Source: Alphaproteobacteria bacterium UBA1301
GTDB taxonomy: Bacteria; Pseudomonadota; Alphaproteobacteria; Micropepsales; Micropepsaceae
Reading direction: 5' to 3'
Assembly: GCA_002307725.1 (NCBI GenBank)
Contig: DBUB01000007.1
Coordinates: 136,003-200,002 of the forward strand
DNA length: 64,000 nucleotides
Shown here: in pieces, positions 43,518 to 52,359 of the stretch
Position numbering within the stretch: position 1 is the first letter of the stretch
Layout of the letters: the number at the start of each line of letters is the position of its first letter
Program-made: the position numbers and the translations under genes
Notes under the pieces: generated by a model
What the model saw: only the letters and a program-made list of their open reading frames with translations
Databases searched by the model: none
Told to the model about the DNA's origin: nothing

Positions 43518-44819
43518 TCAGTGACTTGTCTTGTCGTAGTTGCGAGGCTCGGGATCGTCCTGCCACAAGGTTTGGAGGCCGTGCGCCAGAAACCGAACGC
43601 GCAGCATGTCATTGCCCTCAATCGCGAAGAGGCCGTCGGGGGCGAGTGGCGTCAGACGGCGCGCTGGCCGGTCGGCCCGCGTCATCACAAGCGAGCCGTC
43701 CGTCGCGGTAATCGCAATCGGACCATATTGTCCCGTCCAAGATTGAAGTGTTCCCATCGGCAGCACGACGGGATGCAAGCGCGCGTTCACCGCCACCCGG
43801 ACCCAGGCATAGTCCGCTCGGTTTTCTTTGGTCACGGATGCTGTTTGGCTCAACCGGTCGAGGAGGTGAATTTGCGCCACATCGAGCGCGAGCAGCGGAT
43901 CGCTTTCAATATCTGGCGCGATTCCAACACCTTCCCAATTGCTGTTACTCACCGGATGAACGGGGCGCCCGAAGGAAATGCTGAAGACATAACCGCCGGG
44001 AATTGGCACATATTTGTTGTTGTTGGCAGCACCCACAGTCTTGTTGCCGATCAATACTCCCAGCTTGTATTGCTGCACTTGGTAAGCGAAATCCTCGCCT
44101 GCCGAGCCGACATTGCCGTCGATGAGAACGGCGAGCGGCTTGCCGATCAGTCGTCCGGCCGGAAGATAAGATAATGTGCGCGACTGCACCGGAGCCTTCC
44201 CGGCTTCGAAGAAGGTGTAGAGTGGCAGATCGGCTTTCATGAAATGGCTGACCAGATAGCGCACCGCCGCATGCGAGCCGCCTGGATTGCCGCGCAAATC
44301 GATGATTAGTCCATCACCATCTTTCAGGAAACGCATAGCGTCGTCATAAATGCCGCCGGTTTCATCGTCGATCCACTCAAAGCTCGCGATCTTCAGATAG
44401 CGAAGGTTGCCAGGTAGAATACGCAACTCGGTCAGGCCGTGATGATTGCTCGTGGCGTGGCGGCGCTCATAAGCATCGGTATTTTCCGTCTTCTCGGCTT
44501 TCGCATCTTGCGCAAGGACGTTGGACTGTTCTCGATCATAGAAAAGGTAGAGATGATGGTCGCCGCTGGCCGCGCGGACATCTTCTGTCACCCTTTCGCT
44601 GAATACCGCCGGGGTGGTGTTGTGGTAGCGCCCAGTTTGCAGAGCTGTCTGTAGCTTGTCCGTGATCGCCGCGCGCTTCTCGGGGAAGATATAGCTCTTT
44701 TCGACGACGGTACGAATCGCGGCGACTTCGGCCAAGTGATCCGACGGTTTTTCGGCATTGGCAGCCAAAGCAGGGCTGGCCAGTGCGGCCAAGAGCGCAA
44801 ACGCATATGACAATTTCAT
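43518..44819 (-). CDS. S41 family (tail-specific/IRBP-like) peptidase, secreted
   Basis: 433 aa. Signal peptide MKLSYAFALLAALASPALA; LIIDLRGNPGGS and VLIDGNVGSAGEDFA motifs of S41. Confidence 0.8.
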   Translation of the reverse strand: MKLSYAFALLAALASPALAANAEKPSDHLAEVAAIRTVVEKSYIFPEKRAAITDKLQTALQTGRYHNTTPAVFSERVTEDVRAASGDHHLYLFYDREQSNVLAQDAKAEKTENTDAYERRHATSNHHGLTELRILPGNLRYLKIASFEWIDDETGGIYDDAMRFLKDGDGLIIDLRGNPGGSHAAVRYLVSHFMKADLPLYTFFEAGKAPVQSRTLSYLPAGRLIGKPLAVLIDGNVGSAGEDFAYQVQQYKLGVLIGNKTVGAANNNKYVPIPGGYVFSISFGRPVHPVSNSNWEGVGIAPDIESDPLLALDVAQIHLLDRLSQTASVTKENRADYAWVRVAVNARLHPVVLPMGTLQSWTGQYGPIAITATDGSLVMTRADRPARRLTPLAPDGLFAIEGNDMLRVRFLAHGLQTLWQDDPEPRNYDKTSH

Positions 44820-45307
44820 CGTTTGGACTTCTCCACGGGTGTTTCTCGTTTTTTGCGCTCGGCTGCGATGCGGTCGGAAAAAGAATGCTCGGCGAGCAGC
44901 TTCAAGGTGTTTTTCAAGACGTCCGGCAGGGATAGACCCAACTCGGCATCAAGAGTGCGTGCGGCGGCCTCGGTAATCTCCCATTGCTGCTTCACCAGCG
45001 GCAGTATCGCTTCTGCGGCGGGGCTGAGAGAAATGATGCGCTCGCGTGCGTCGTCGCCGGATGTGATCATCAGCAGCTTGCGTTTCGACATATCGGTAAC
45101 GGTCTGGCTGGCTGCCGAATGGGTGATCCCCGCATGCTGCGAGATGGTGCGGATGGACGCCGGTCCCAGCGTCTGCAGGGCTCGTACAATCGGTGTGTAG
45201 CGCGGTTTGTAGTCGATACCCGTACGCAGGTAAGCCTCTTCTACAGCACCGTCCAGGCATTCGATCAGGTGGCGAAGGAGGGTTCCAAGGGTCGGAGATC
45301 TGGCCAT
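44816..45307 (-). CDS. MarR family transcriptional regulator
   Basis: ORF 44816..45343 trimmed to MARSPTLGTLLRHL. Winged HTH IRTISQHAGITHSAASQTVTDMSKRKLL. The stop overlaps the S41 start (ATGA). Confidence 0.8.
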   Translation of the reverse strand: MARSPTLGTLLRHLIECLDGAVEEAYLRTGIDYKPRYTPIVRALQTLGPASIRTISQHAGITHSAASQTVTDMSKRKLLMITSGDDARERIISLSPAAEAILPLVKQQWEITEAAARTLDAELGLSLPDVLKNTLKLLAEHSFSDRIAAERKKRETPVEKSKR

Positions 45308-45407
45308 TTGAAAATGTATAAGCGCTGTTACATCTCGGTGCAAGAATGTTTTCTGAAAGTCTGACTCAAAAATGGATCCGACGGCTTCGCCCCCGCGTGA
45401 AAATAAC

Positions 45408-46310
45408 TTATGTCAACGGCTCCATCGGCATCTCGACCTTGTGGCGGTATTCGCGCCAGGCGATCAGCAGGCCGGAGGCGATCACCACGGCGGCGCCGAG
45501 GAGCACCATCGCTTCGGGATGTTCGCCGAGCACGAACCAGCCAAGCAGCATCGCCCACACCATCGCGGTGTAATCGAACGGCGCCAGCAGCGAGGGTTCG
45601 CCGTAGCGATAGCAATAGGTCATCAAAACCTGGCCCACACCGCCGAACAGGCCGCAACTGACCAGCCAGAAGATTTGCATCCAGCTCAGCGCCACATGAT
45701 CGAACGCCATCACGATCAGTCCGGCGATGGCGCAGGCGCTCATGAAATAGAACACGATGGCTTCCGAGCGTTCGGTGGCCGACATCTGGCGGATCCACAC
45801 CACGATGAACGCCGACAGCAGCGTGAAGGCCAAGGCATAGAGCACACCCTGCGACAGCTTCAGGGTGATGAGGGCATTCAATCCGCCATGCGGTTCCATC
45901 ATCAACAGGACGCCGGCAAAGCCGATCAGCACCGCCGCCCAGCGCCACGGTCCGGCATGTTCGCGCAACATCAGCGCCGCCAGGACCACCGCAAAGATCG
46001 GCTGCATGAAGCCGAACGCGGTCACGGTGACCAGCGGCAAGAGCGCCAGCGCGGTGAAGTTGGTGAACATGGCGGCAACGCCGACGATTCCACGCACCAC
46101 ATGCACCAGCGGCCGTTCGGTTTTGATCGCCGCGCGTGGCCCCACTGTGAAGCAGGTCCAGATGAACAGCGGCAGCAGCGCGAAGAAGCCGCGGAAGAAC
46201 ACGACCTGGCCGATCGGCACATCGCCCGCCAGCTTGATGGCGCCGTACATGAGGGAGAAGGCGAGGGACTGGCCGAGCTTCAGCGTAATCGCCAGCGCGT
46301 TGTGTCTCAA
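45408..46310 (-). CDS. EamA/DMT family transporter
   Basis: C-terminal 300 codons of the 597-aa track ORF, with ten hydrophobic helices. Proposed TTG start at 46310 overlaps the corA stop (TTGA); the next ATG would delete TM1. Confidence 0.7.
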   Translation of the reverse strand: MRHNALAITLKLGQSLAFSLMYGAIKLAGDVPIGQVVFFRGFFALLPLFIWTCFTVGPRAAIKTERPLVHVVRGIVGVAAMFTNFTALALLPLVTVTAFGFMQPIFAVVLAALMLREHAGPWRWAAVLIGFAGVLLMMEPHGGLNALITLKLSQGVLYALAFTLLSAFIVVWIRQMSATERSEAIVFYFMSACAIAGLIVMAFDHVALSWMQIFWLVSCGLFGGVGQVLMTYCYRYGEPSLLAPFDYTAMVWAMLLGWFVLGEHPEAMVLLGAAVVIASGLLIAWREYRHKVEMPMEPLT

Positions 46311-47284
46311 AGCCAACCTTTGCGCTTGAACCAGATGTAGGGAACCACGGCCGACACGATCATCACCACCCAGGCCAAGGGATAGGCCCAAACCTGATCC
46401 AGTTCCGGCATGTGGTGGAAGTTCATCCCCCAGATCGAAGCGAACAGGGTCGGCGGCAGGAACACCATTGCCGCCACCGACATGATTTTGATGATGTTGT
46501 TCTGGTCGATGTTGATCAGGCCGAGCGTGGCGTCGAGTAGGTACGACAGGCGGTTGGTGAGATAGCTGAGGTGGTCTTGCAGTGAAGCAACGTCGCGGGT
46601 CAGCGTCTTGACGTGGGGCAGCACGTCCTTGTTGGTGCTGTTGTCCATCGCCTGTTGCAGGAAGGCCAGCGTGCGCGAGATGGTGAGCAGGCTCTCGCGG
46701 ATTTTGCCGGCGAGATCGTGTTTGCGCCCCAGCGCCCGCAGAACTTCCTGGAACTCGTGGGAGGTGATCGGGTGCTGAGTGTTGTCGGGATCGAAGATGT
46801 CGCGGCTGATCAGTTCGATCTCGGTGGAGGCGCGTTCCTGAATATCGGCGAGCCGGTCGATGATGACGTCCAAAAGATCGAGCAGCACGTTCTCGGCCTT
46901 GGTGGCGGGAACGGTGCCGCGGCGGCAGCGCGCCTCGAAGGTGCGAAAGGGCTGCGGCTCGGTATAGCGGATGGTGATCAGGGTGTTGCGGATCAGGGCA
47001 AACGTCACCACGCCGGCCACCGGGCTTTCGGTGCCGGAATTGGCCAGCACCAGCGCGGTCATGTAGAGCGCGCCGTTTTCGGCATAGAGCCGCGACGAGA
47101 CCTCGATCTCTTCCATGTCGGCGCGGGTCGGCAGGTCGACGCCGAGGGTGTTGTTGACGGCCTGGCGTTCCTCCGGACTGGGGTCGAACAGATCGATCCA
47201 CAGCGCCTCGTGCGGGACGCCCGCGCTGTCCGCATCCGGAACAATTCTGAGGCCGCCGTTCAGCGGCAGGTAAGTCTTCATCAT
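46307..47284 (-). CDS. corA: CorA family magnesium/cobalt transporter
   Basis: ORF 46307..47353 trimmed to MMKTYLPLNGG. C-terminal FLPPTLFASIWGMNF (GMN motif) and two TM helices. Confidence 0.88.
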   Translation of the reverse strand: MMKTYLPLNGGLRIVPDADSAGVPHEALWIDLFDPSPEERQAVNNTLGVDLPTRADMEEIEVSSRLYAENGALYMTALVLANSGTESPVAGVVTFALIRNTLITIRYTEPQPFRTFEARCRRGTVPATKAENVLLDLLDVIIDRLADIQERASTEIELISRDIFDPDNTQHPITSHEFQEVLRALGRKHDLAGKIRESLLTISRTLAFLQQAMDNSTNKDVLPHVKTLTRDVASLQDHLSYLTNRLSYLLDATLGLINIDQNNIIKIMSVAAMVFLPPTLFASIWGMNFHHMPELDQVWAYPLAWVVMIVSAVVPYIWFKRKGWL

Positions 47285-47374
47285 CGGACGGTGTCCGGAA
47301 CGGGGAAATGGATGGGACCTGTCCCCAGACGGGCGACGAGGTCCGCGGACCATAGCCTCGACGTTGGAATGAGG

Positions 47375-48292
47375 CTAACTATTTTTCGTTAAGCAGTGGG
47401 CGAGCGACTGCGCCAGATTGCGCATCAGCCGGGGGTAAAGCCCTGGCCCCGGTTCAAGGTCCGCACCCAGGGGATCGAGCACGCCGAGGCGCGCCTGGGT
47501 ATTTGCGTCCAAGGTCTCGATCAGCTTGGGCGGAAATTGCGGTTCGCGAAACAGGCAGACGGCACGACCTGTGGCCACCGCTTGTCGTAGCTCGGAAATG
47601 CGGCGGGCGCCGACGGGGCGATCGGGTGCGACCGTCACCGCACCGGCAGGGTGCAGGCCATAACGCGCCTCGAAATAGTGATAGGCGTCGTGGAACACGA
47701 GATACGGCCGGCCCTTGACCGGGACGAGGGTGGCGGCGATCTCGCGGTCAAGGGCTTCAAGCCGCACGATCTGGCGGGCGGCATTGGCGCGATAGAGCCC
47801 GGCATGGGCGGGATCGGTCTTGGCAAGCGCCGCGGCGATCGTTCGTGTCATGGCGATGGCGTTTTGCGGATCGAGCCAGACGTGGGGATCCGTGAGGCCG
47901 TGGTCATGCCCATGGTCGTGATCCGCGTCATCGCCCCAAAGCCCGCCGCGCCGCGCCGCCTGCAGCTTCACCCCCGGCGCCCGTTCCAGAACGACCACCC
48001 GTCCGCCCGCCGCCGCGAGCGCGCCGATGAGATAAGTCTCCATGTCGGGGCCGATCTCGAAGATCAGCGCTGCGGCGTTCAGCTTGCGCGCGTCGGACGG
48101 TTTAAGGGCATAGGAGTGCGCCGACAGCGCCCCGCCGATCAGGAGATCGGGCGTGCCGGCTCCCTCCATCACGCCGGCGACCAGGGAATGGACAGGCTTC
48201 AGCGTCGCCAGCACCGGTGGCGCCGCGTCTGCCGCGACGGCGGTCAGCAAACCAAGAATCAGAGCGCGGAAACATCTCGAAATCTGCATCAT
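47375..48292 (-). CDS. znuA: zinc ABC transporter substrate-binding protein (ZnuA-like)
   Basis: ORF 47375..48328 trimmed to MMQISRCFRAL (signal peptide). His/Asp-rich loop GDDADHDHGHDHGLTDPHVWLDP is typical of ZnuA. No znuBC or zur is adjacent. Confidence 0.8.
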   Translation of the reverse strand: MMQISRCFRALILGLLTAVAADAAPPVLATLKPVHSLVAGVMEGAGTPDLLIGGALSAHSYALKPSDARKLNAAALIFEIGPDMETYLIGALAAAGGRVVVLERAPGVKLQAARRGGLWGDDADHDHGHDHGLTDPHVWLDPQNAIAMTRTIAAALAKTDPAHAGLYRANAARQIVRLEALDREIAATLVPVKGRPYLVFHDAYHYFEARYGLHPAGAVTVAPDRPVGARRISELRQAVATGRAVCLFREPQFPPKLIETLDANTQARLGVLDPLGADLEPGPGLYPRLMRNLAQSLAHCLTKNS

Positions 48293-48791
48293 GCTCAAAG
48301 GCGAACATCGTGCCCCGGCTGTCAACACCCTGTCCGATACGCCTGCGGCAAAAAGCGTGCGCTTCGTTTCCGGGGGGCACCTTCAGCGACCTCAGGTGGT
48401 GTCGCGCCGATCTTTTCGCGTTCTACGCTGTGCCGGATGTTGTGCTGCGCGAGTCACAAAATTGCGGCGCCCGGCGACACGTCGCGGCAAGGATGCGGCG
48501 AGCGCATTTTTCCGGTGCACTTATATCGCGGATTTGACGTGCAGATTCGGTTCGCGATTACAGAACGCGAGATGCCGTGATGCAGCCCCATGCCGTGGCA
48601 GATTGAAATGGCAAATCGTTTTTGTTCCAGAACCGGAAGTGTCACGGATATTTCAAAAAACGGCTTTCGCCTTAACCATGTTCACGCGAAATCTTGCCTT
48701 AGTTCCGCCATCTCGCTTCCCAATCTCGCCAAAATTCGTTACCGTCAATTATAAACAAAATCCTAATGTCTCTTGGGCTTTGGTGGGGTGA

Positions 48792-49406
48792 ATGGACAAC
48801 GGGGTAGCTGGCGGCTCGAACCGCGGGTTTAAGACGTTTATCAGTGCGACCTTCATGCTGTCCCTGGTGGGCTGCGGCGGCTTAGGGCTTTTGCCGCACG
48901 AAACGAAGGTCTCGCAGAATTCCTTCCAGACATACGAGCAGGTGCAATCGGCGTACACGGACGTTGTTCCGGGCCAGACGCGCTTGACCGATCTGCCGAA
49001 GATGGGCTTCGACACGGCGACCACGCCGAATGTCGAGGTTCTGTCCTATCTCGGCGTGATCGAGCGCTTCATGCCGCGCTCGACGATGAGCTTCGATCAT
49101 CTCGCACCGCAAGTGCAGTCCTGCATCGAATCCCAGGACCGCTGCTCGGCCTTCGTCTTCCATCCGCAGCACGTTGAATCGCGGCGCATGGGCAACATCT
49201 TCCTCGATCTGCTCGGCTTTGAGCGCCAGACCGTCGACACCGGCTGGGCGGCCGAAGTGGTGTTGCTGATGCAGGACGGCCATGTTGCCTACAAGCTGAT
49301 GAGCGGGCGTCCGCGCATCGAGGACACGCGCGACCAGATTACGCCACTCGGTCCCTTGCAGGACATCGGCAACACTATGACGCGCACCGCATCGCGCTTC
49401 TTTTAG
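48792..49406 (+). CDS. hypothetical lipoprotein
   Basis: 204 aa with lipobox LVGC. No family recognised. Confidence 0.55.
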   Translation: MDNGVAGGSNRGFKTFISATFMLSLVGCGGLGLLPHETKVSQNSFQTYEQVQSAYTDVVPGQTRLTDLPKMGFDTATTPNVEVLSYLGVIERFMPRSTMSFDHLAPQVQSCIESQDRCSAFVFHPQHVESRRMGNIFLDLLGFERQTVDTGWAAEVVLLMQDGHVAYKLMSGRPRIEDTRDQITPLGPLQDIGNTMTRTASRFF

Positions 49407-49449
49407 TTTGGGTTTGGGGACTTCAAGGGTAGTCACAACAACAAAAAGC

Positions 49450-49480
49450 AAAACCCCCGGATGCAAGTCCGGGGGTTTTG
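49450..49480. terminator. bidirectional Rho-independent terminator between the lipoprotein gene and infC
   Basis: aaaa-cccccgga-tgcaag-tccggggg-tttt, with an A-run on one side and a T-run on the other. Confidence 0.8.
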
Positions 49481-49520
49481 TAATTCATCGTCACCCTGAG
49501 GTGCCTCACACGCAGAAAAG

Positions 49521-50066
49521 TCAGCGCGGCGACAGCACCATCATCATCTGACGGCCTTCGAGCTTCGGCCACTGCTCCATCTTGGCGAAGGTCTCGGTGT
49601 CCTTCTGGATGCGGGTGAGAAGTTCCATGCCGATATGCTGATGCGCCATTTCGCGGCCGCGGAAGCGCAAGGTGATCTTGACCTTGTCGCCGTCGTCGAA
49701 GAAGCGGCGCATGGCCTTCATCTTCACTTCGTAATCGTGGTCGTCGATCGTCGGGCGCATCTTGATCTCTTTGATCTCGATGACCTTCTGCTTCTTGCGG
49801 GCTTCGGCGGCTTTTTTCTGCTGCTCGTATTTGTATTTGCCGTAGTCCATCAGCTTGACGACAGGGGGCTTGGCCTCGGGCGACACCTCGACCAGATCAA
49901 GACCCTTTTCTTCCGCGATAGCGCGGCCCTCGTCGGTGCCGATCTCGCCATATTTGTGGCCGTCGTCACCAATCAGCAGGATGGTCTTGGCGTAGATATC
50001 CTCATTGACGCGAGGACCGTCTTTGGCAGGCGCGGCCTGCGATGCAAACCTTTTAGGCGGGGCTAT
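49521..50066 (-). CDS. infC: translation initiation factor IF-3 (probable AUA start)
   Basis: ...KDGPRVNEDIYAKTILLIGDDGHKYGEI...EVSPEAKPPVVKLMDYGKYKYEQQKK... is IF-3. The in-frame ATG at 50162 adds 32 non-homologous aa. ATA at 50066-50064 is preceded by GGAGAG at the right spacing. Confidence 0.85.
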   Translation of the reverse strand: MAPPKRFASQAAPAKDGPRVNEDIYAKTILLIGDDGHKYGEIGTDEGRAIAEEKGLDLVEVSPEAKPPVVKLMDYGKYKYEQQKKAAEARKKQKVIEIKEIKMRPTIDDHDYEVKMKAMRRFFDDGDKVKITLRFRGREMAHQHIGMELLTRIQKDTETFAKMEQWPKLEGRQMMMVLSPR

Positions 50067-50252
50067 GACATTCTCTCCATGGTTACACCCAAACGCCGGC
50101 ATCGCTTCGCGAGGACTTTGCCTGCCTCGCGAAACGTGGTCCGTCTTATGCGCGCAGGGCAAATCCTCCCAAGCCGGCCGTGGGGCCGCTTACGGGGTAC
50201 AGAATAGGAATGCTCAACCATTTCGCAAGGGTTAATCGGCCACAGCCGGTCA

Positions 50253-52238
50253 CTATTCCACGACGTCCTTGCGGGTTTCCGCTTCTGCCTTAATCCGCGC
50301 GATAAAGGCGTCCAGCGGCATCGGCCCCAGGTCCTTGCCCGAGCGCAGCCGTACGGAAACCTTGCCTTCGGCCGCCTCGCGCTCGCCAACCACCAGCATG
50401 TAGGGAATTTTCTGGAGTTGCGCGTCGCGAATCTTCTTCTGCATCCGCTCGGAGGAGAAATCGACATCCACCCGAAGCCCGGCGGTACCGTTGACCACCG
50501 GAACATCGAACAGGGTCTGGCGGACCTTGGTGGCGTAGTCGGTCACCTTTTCAGAGATTGGAATGATTCTCGCCTGGACCGGGGCCAGCCACGTCGGGAA
50601 GGCGCCGGCATAGTGCTCGATCAGGAAGGCGGTGAAGCGCTCATGGGTGCCGAGCGGGGCGCGGTGGATGACATAAACCGGCTGCTCCTGGCCGTCCTCG
50701 CCGATGTAGTTGAGACCGAAGGTCTGGGTCGCCAAAAAGTCGAGCTGGTTGGTCGAGATCGTGTACTCGGTTCCGATCACGCTCTTGATCTCGAAATCGA
50801 TCTTGGGGCCGTAGAACGCCGCCTCGCCCTTCACTTCCTTGAAGGGATAACCGGACTCGATCATCGCCTCGCGGATAATGTTTAGGGCAGCGATCCATTT
50901 CTCGGGCTGGTCGACGTACTTGTCGAGCTTGTCGAGATCGGGCAGCGACAGGCGCATGTAATAGTCTTTGATGTTCATCAGGTCGTAGTAGCGCGCGTGC
51001 AGGCGCATGACCTTGATGAACTCCTCTTTGGCCTGGTCGAAGCGGCAGTAGATGTGGGCGTCGTTCATGCAGAAGCCACGCACGCGCATCAACCCGGTGA
51101 GGCCGCCGGAGGCTTCATAGCGGTAATCCTGGCCGTATTCGGCGATGCGCAAGGGCAGTTCGCGATAGGAATGGCGCGTCGCCAGATAGATCATATGGTG
51201 ATGCGGGCAGTTCATCGGGCGCAGGTAGTAATTCTCGCCGTCGATATCGAGCGGCGAATACATGGTGTCCTTGTAATAGGGCAGGTGGCGCGAGCGGATG
51301 TAGAGCGCCTCCTTGGTGATGTGCGGGGTGGCGACGCGGACGTAACCGTCCTTGCGCTCTTCCTGCAAGGCGAGGAATTCCAGCTCCTGGCGGATCACCA
51401 TGCCGTTTGGCATCCACAACGGCAGGCCGGGGCCGACATCGGGGGAGAAGGTGAAAAGCTCCATCTCCTTGCCGATGCGGCGGTGGTCGCGCTTTTCGGC
51501 TTCTTCCAGGCGGTGGAGATACTCGCCGAGTTCCTTCTGATCGCGCCAGGCGGTGCCGTAGATACGCTGCAGCTGCGCGTTCTTGGCGTCGCCGCGCCAG
51601 TAGGCGCCCGCGATCTTGGTCAGCTTGAAGGCGTCGCCGATTTTGCCGGTGGAGGCAAAGTGCGGGCCGCGGCAGAGGTCATGCCAGTCGCCGTGCCAAT
51701 AAATCGAAACGTCTTCGCCTTCCGGAATGCTCTCAATCAGCTCGGCCTTGTACTTCTCGCCGATCTCCTTGAAGTGCGCGATGGCTTTGTCGCGCGGCCA
51801 CACCTCGCGGCGGGTCGGCAGGTCGGCCTTCACAATGTCGTGCATCTTGGCTTCGATCTTGACGAGGTCTTCCAGAGTAAATGGCGTGTCCCTGGCAAAA
51901 TCGTAATAAAAGCCGTCGTCGATCGACGGGCCGATGGTGACTTGGGTGCCGGGAAACAGCTCCTGCACCGCCATGGCCAAAACGTGGCTGGCGTCGTGGC
52001 GGATAAGCGCCAGGGATTCCGCGTCTTTCTTGGTGATGATGCGGATCGTCGCGTCATGTTCGATGGGGCGGAAGAGGTCGTATTCCTCGCCGTCGACGGT
52101 GAGAATTAACGCCGCCTTCGCCAAACCCGGACCGATCGAAGCGGCAATATCGCCCCCGGTCACGCCGCGCGGAAAATCCAGCATCTTGCCATCGGGCAGG
52201 GTGATGTTGATATGATCGGCAGATGCTGGCGCGGACAC
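50253..52238 (-). CDS. thrS: threonine--tRNA ligase
   Basis: 661 aa with a GTG start. TGS domain, editing domain, class II core (FRGEASGGLTGLMRVRGF-like: RYEASGGLTGLMRVRGFCMNDAH) and anticodon-binding domain. Confidence 0.93.
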   Translation of the reverse strand: MSAPASADHINITLPDGKMLDFPRGVTGGDIAASIGPGLAKAALILTVDGEEYDLFRPIEHDATIRIITKKDAESLALIRHDASHVLAMAVQELFPGTQVTIGPSIDDGFYYDFARDTPFTLEDLVKIEAKMHDIVKADLPTRREVWPRDKAIAHFKEIGEKYKAELIESIPEGEDVSIYWHGDWHDLCRGPHFASTGKIGDAFKLTKIAGAYWRGDAKNAQLQRIYGTAWRDQKELGEYLHRLEEAEKRDHRRIGKEMELFTFSPDVGPGLPLWMPNGMVIRQELEFLALQEERKDGYVRVATPHITKEALYIRSRHLPYYKDTMYSPLDIDGENYYLRPMNCPHHHMIYLATRHSYRELPLRIAEYGQDYRYEASGGLTGLMRVRGFCMNDAHIYCRFDQAKEEFIKVMRLHARYYDLMNIKDYYMRLSLPDLDKLDKYVDQPEKWIAALNIIREAMIESGYPFKEVKGEAAFYGPKIDFEIKSVIGTEYTISTNQLDFLATQTFGLNYIGEDGQEQPVYVIHRAPLGTHERFTAFLIEHYAGAFPTWLAPVQARIIPISEKVTDYATKVRQTLFDVPVVNGTAGLRVDVDFSSERMQKKIRDAQLQKIPYMLVVGEREAAEGKVSVRLRSGKDLGPMPLDAFIARIKAEAETRKDVVE

Positions 52239-52359
52239 GGTTAAGCTCCTTCAAAAAGTGCCGGGACCATCTTCCAGTGGCTGGCTGGCGTCAAGTTTTT
52301 GCCGTACCGGCGTGGCAGAGGGGTAGCGTCAGGTTGGTGGTTTGTAGTTGGATTGAAGC

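Noticed and set aside
45408-47201. 597-aa minus-strand ORF spanning the EamA and CorA regions
   Set aside because: The N-terminal ~297 codons are an out-of-frame read through corA (Arg/Pro-rich, no domain). The real genes are corA (46307-47284) and an EamA transporter that starts at about 46310.
48293-48791. 500-nt lower-GC intergenic region upstream of znuA, searched for a Zur box, an sRNA or a gene remnant
   Set aside because: I found no palindrome resembling known Zur operators, no terminator-like hairpin and no coherent ORF. A TTGACA hexamer near 48325 on the minus strand is the only promoter-like feature, which is too weak to report.
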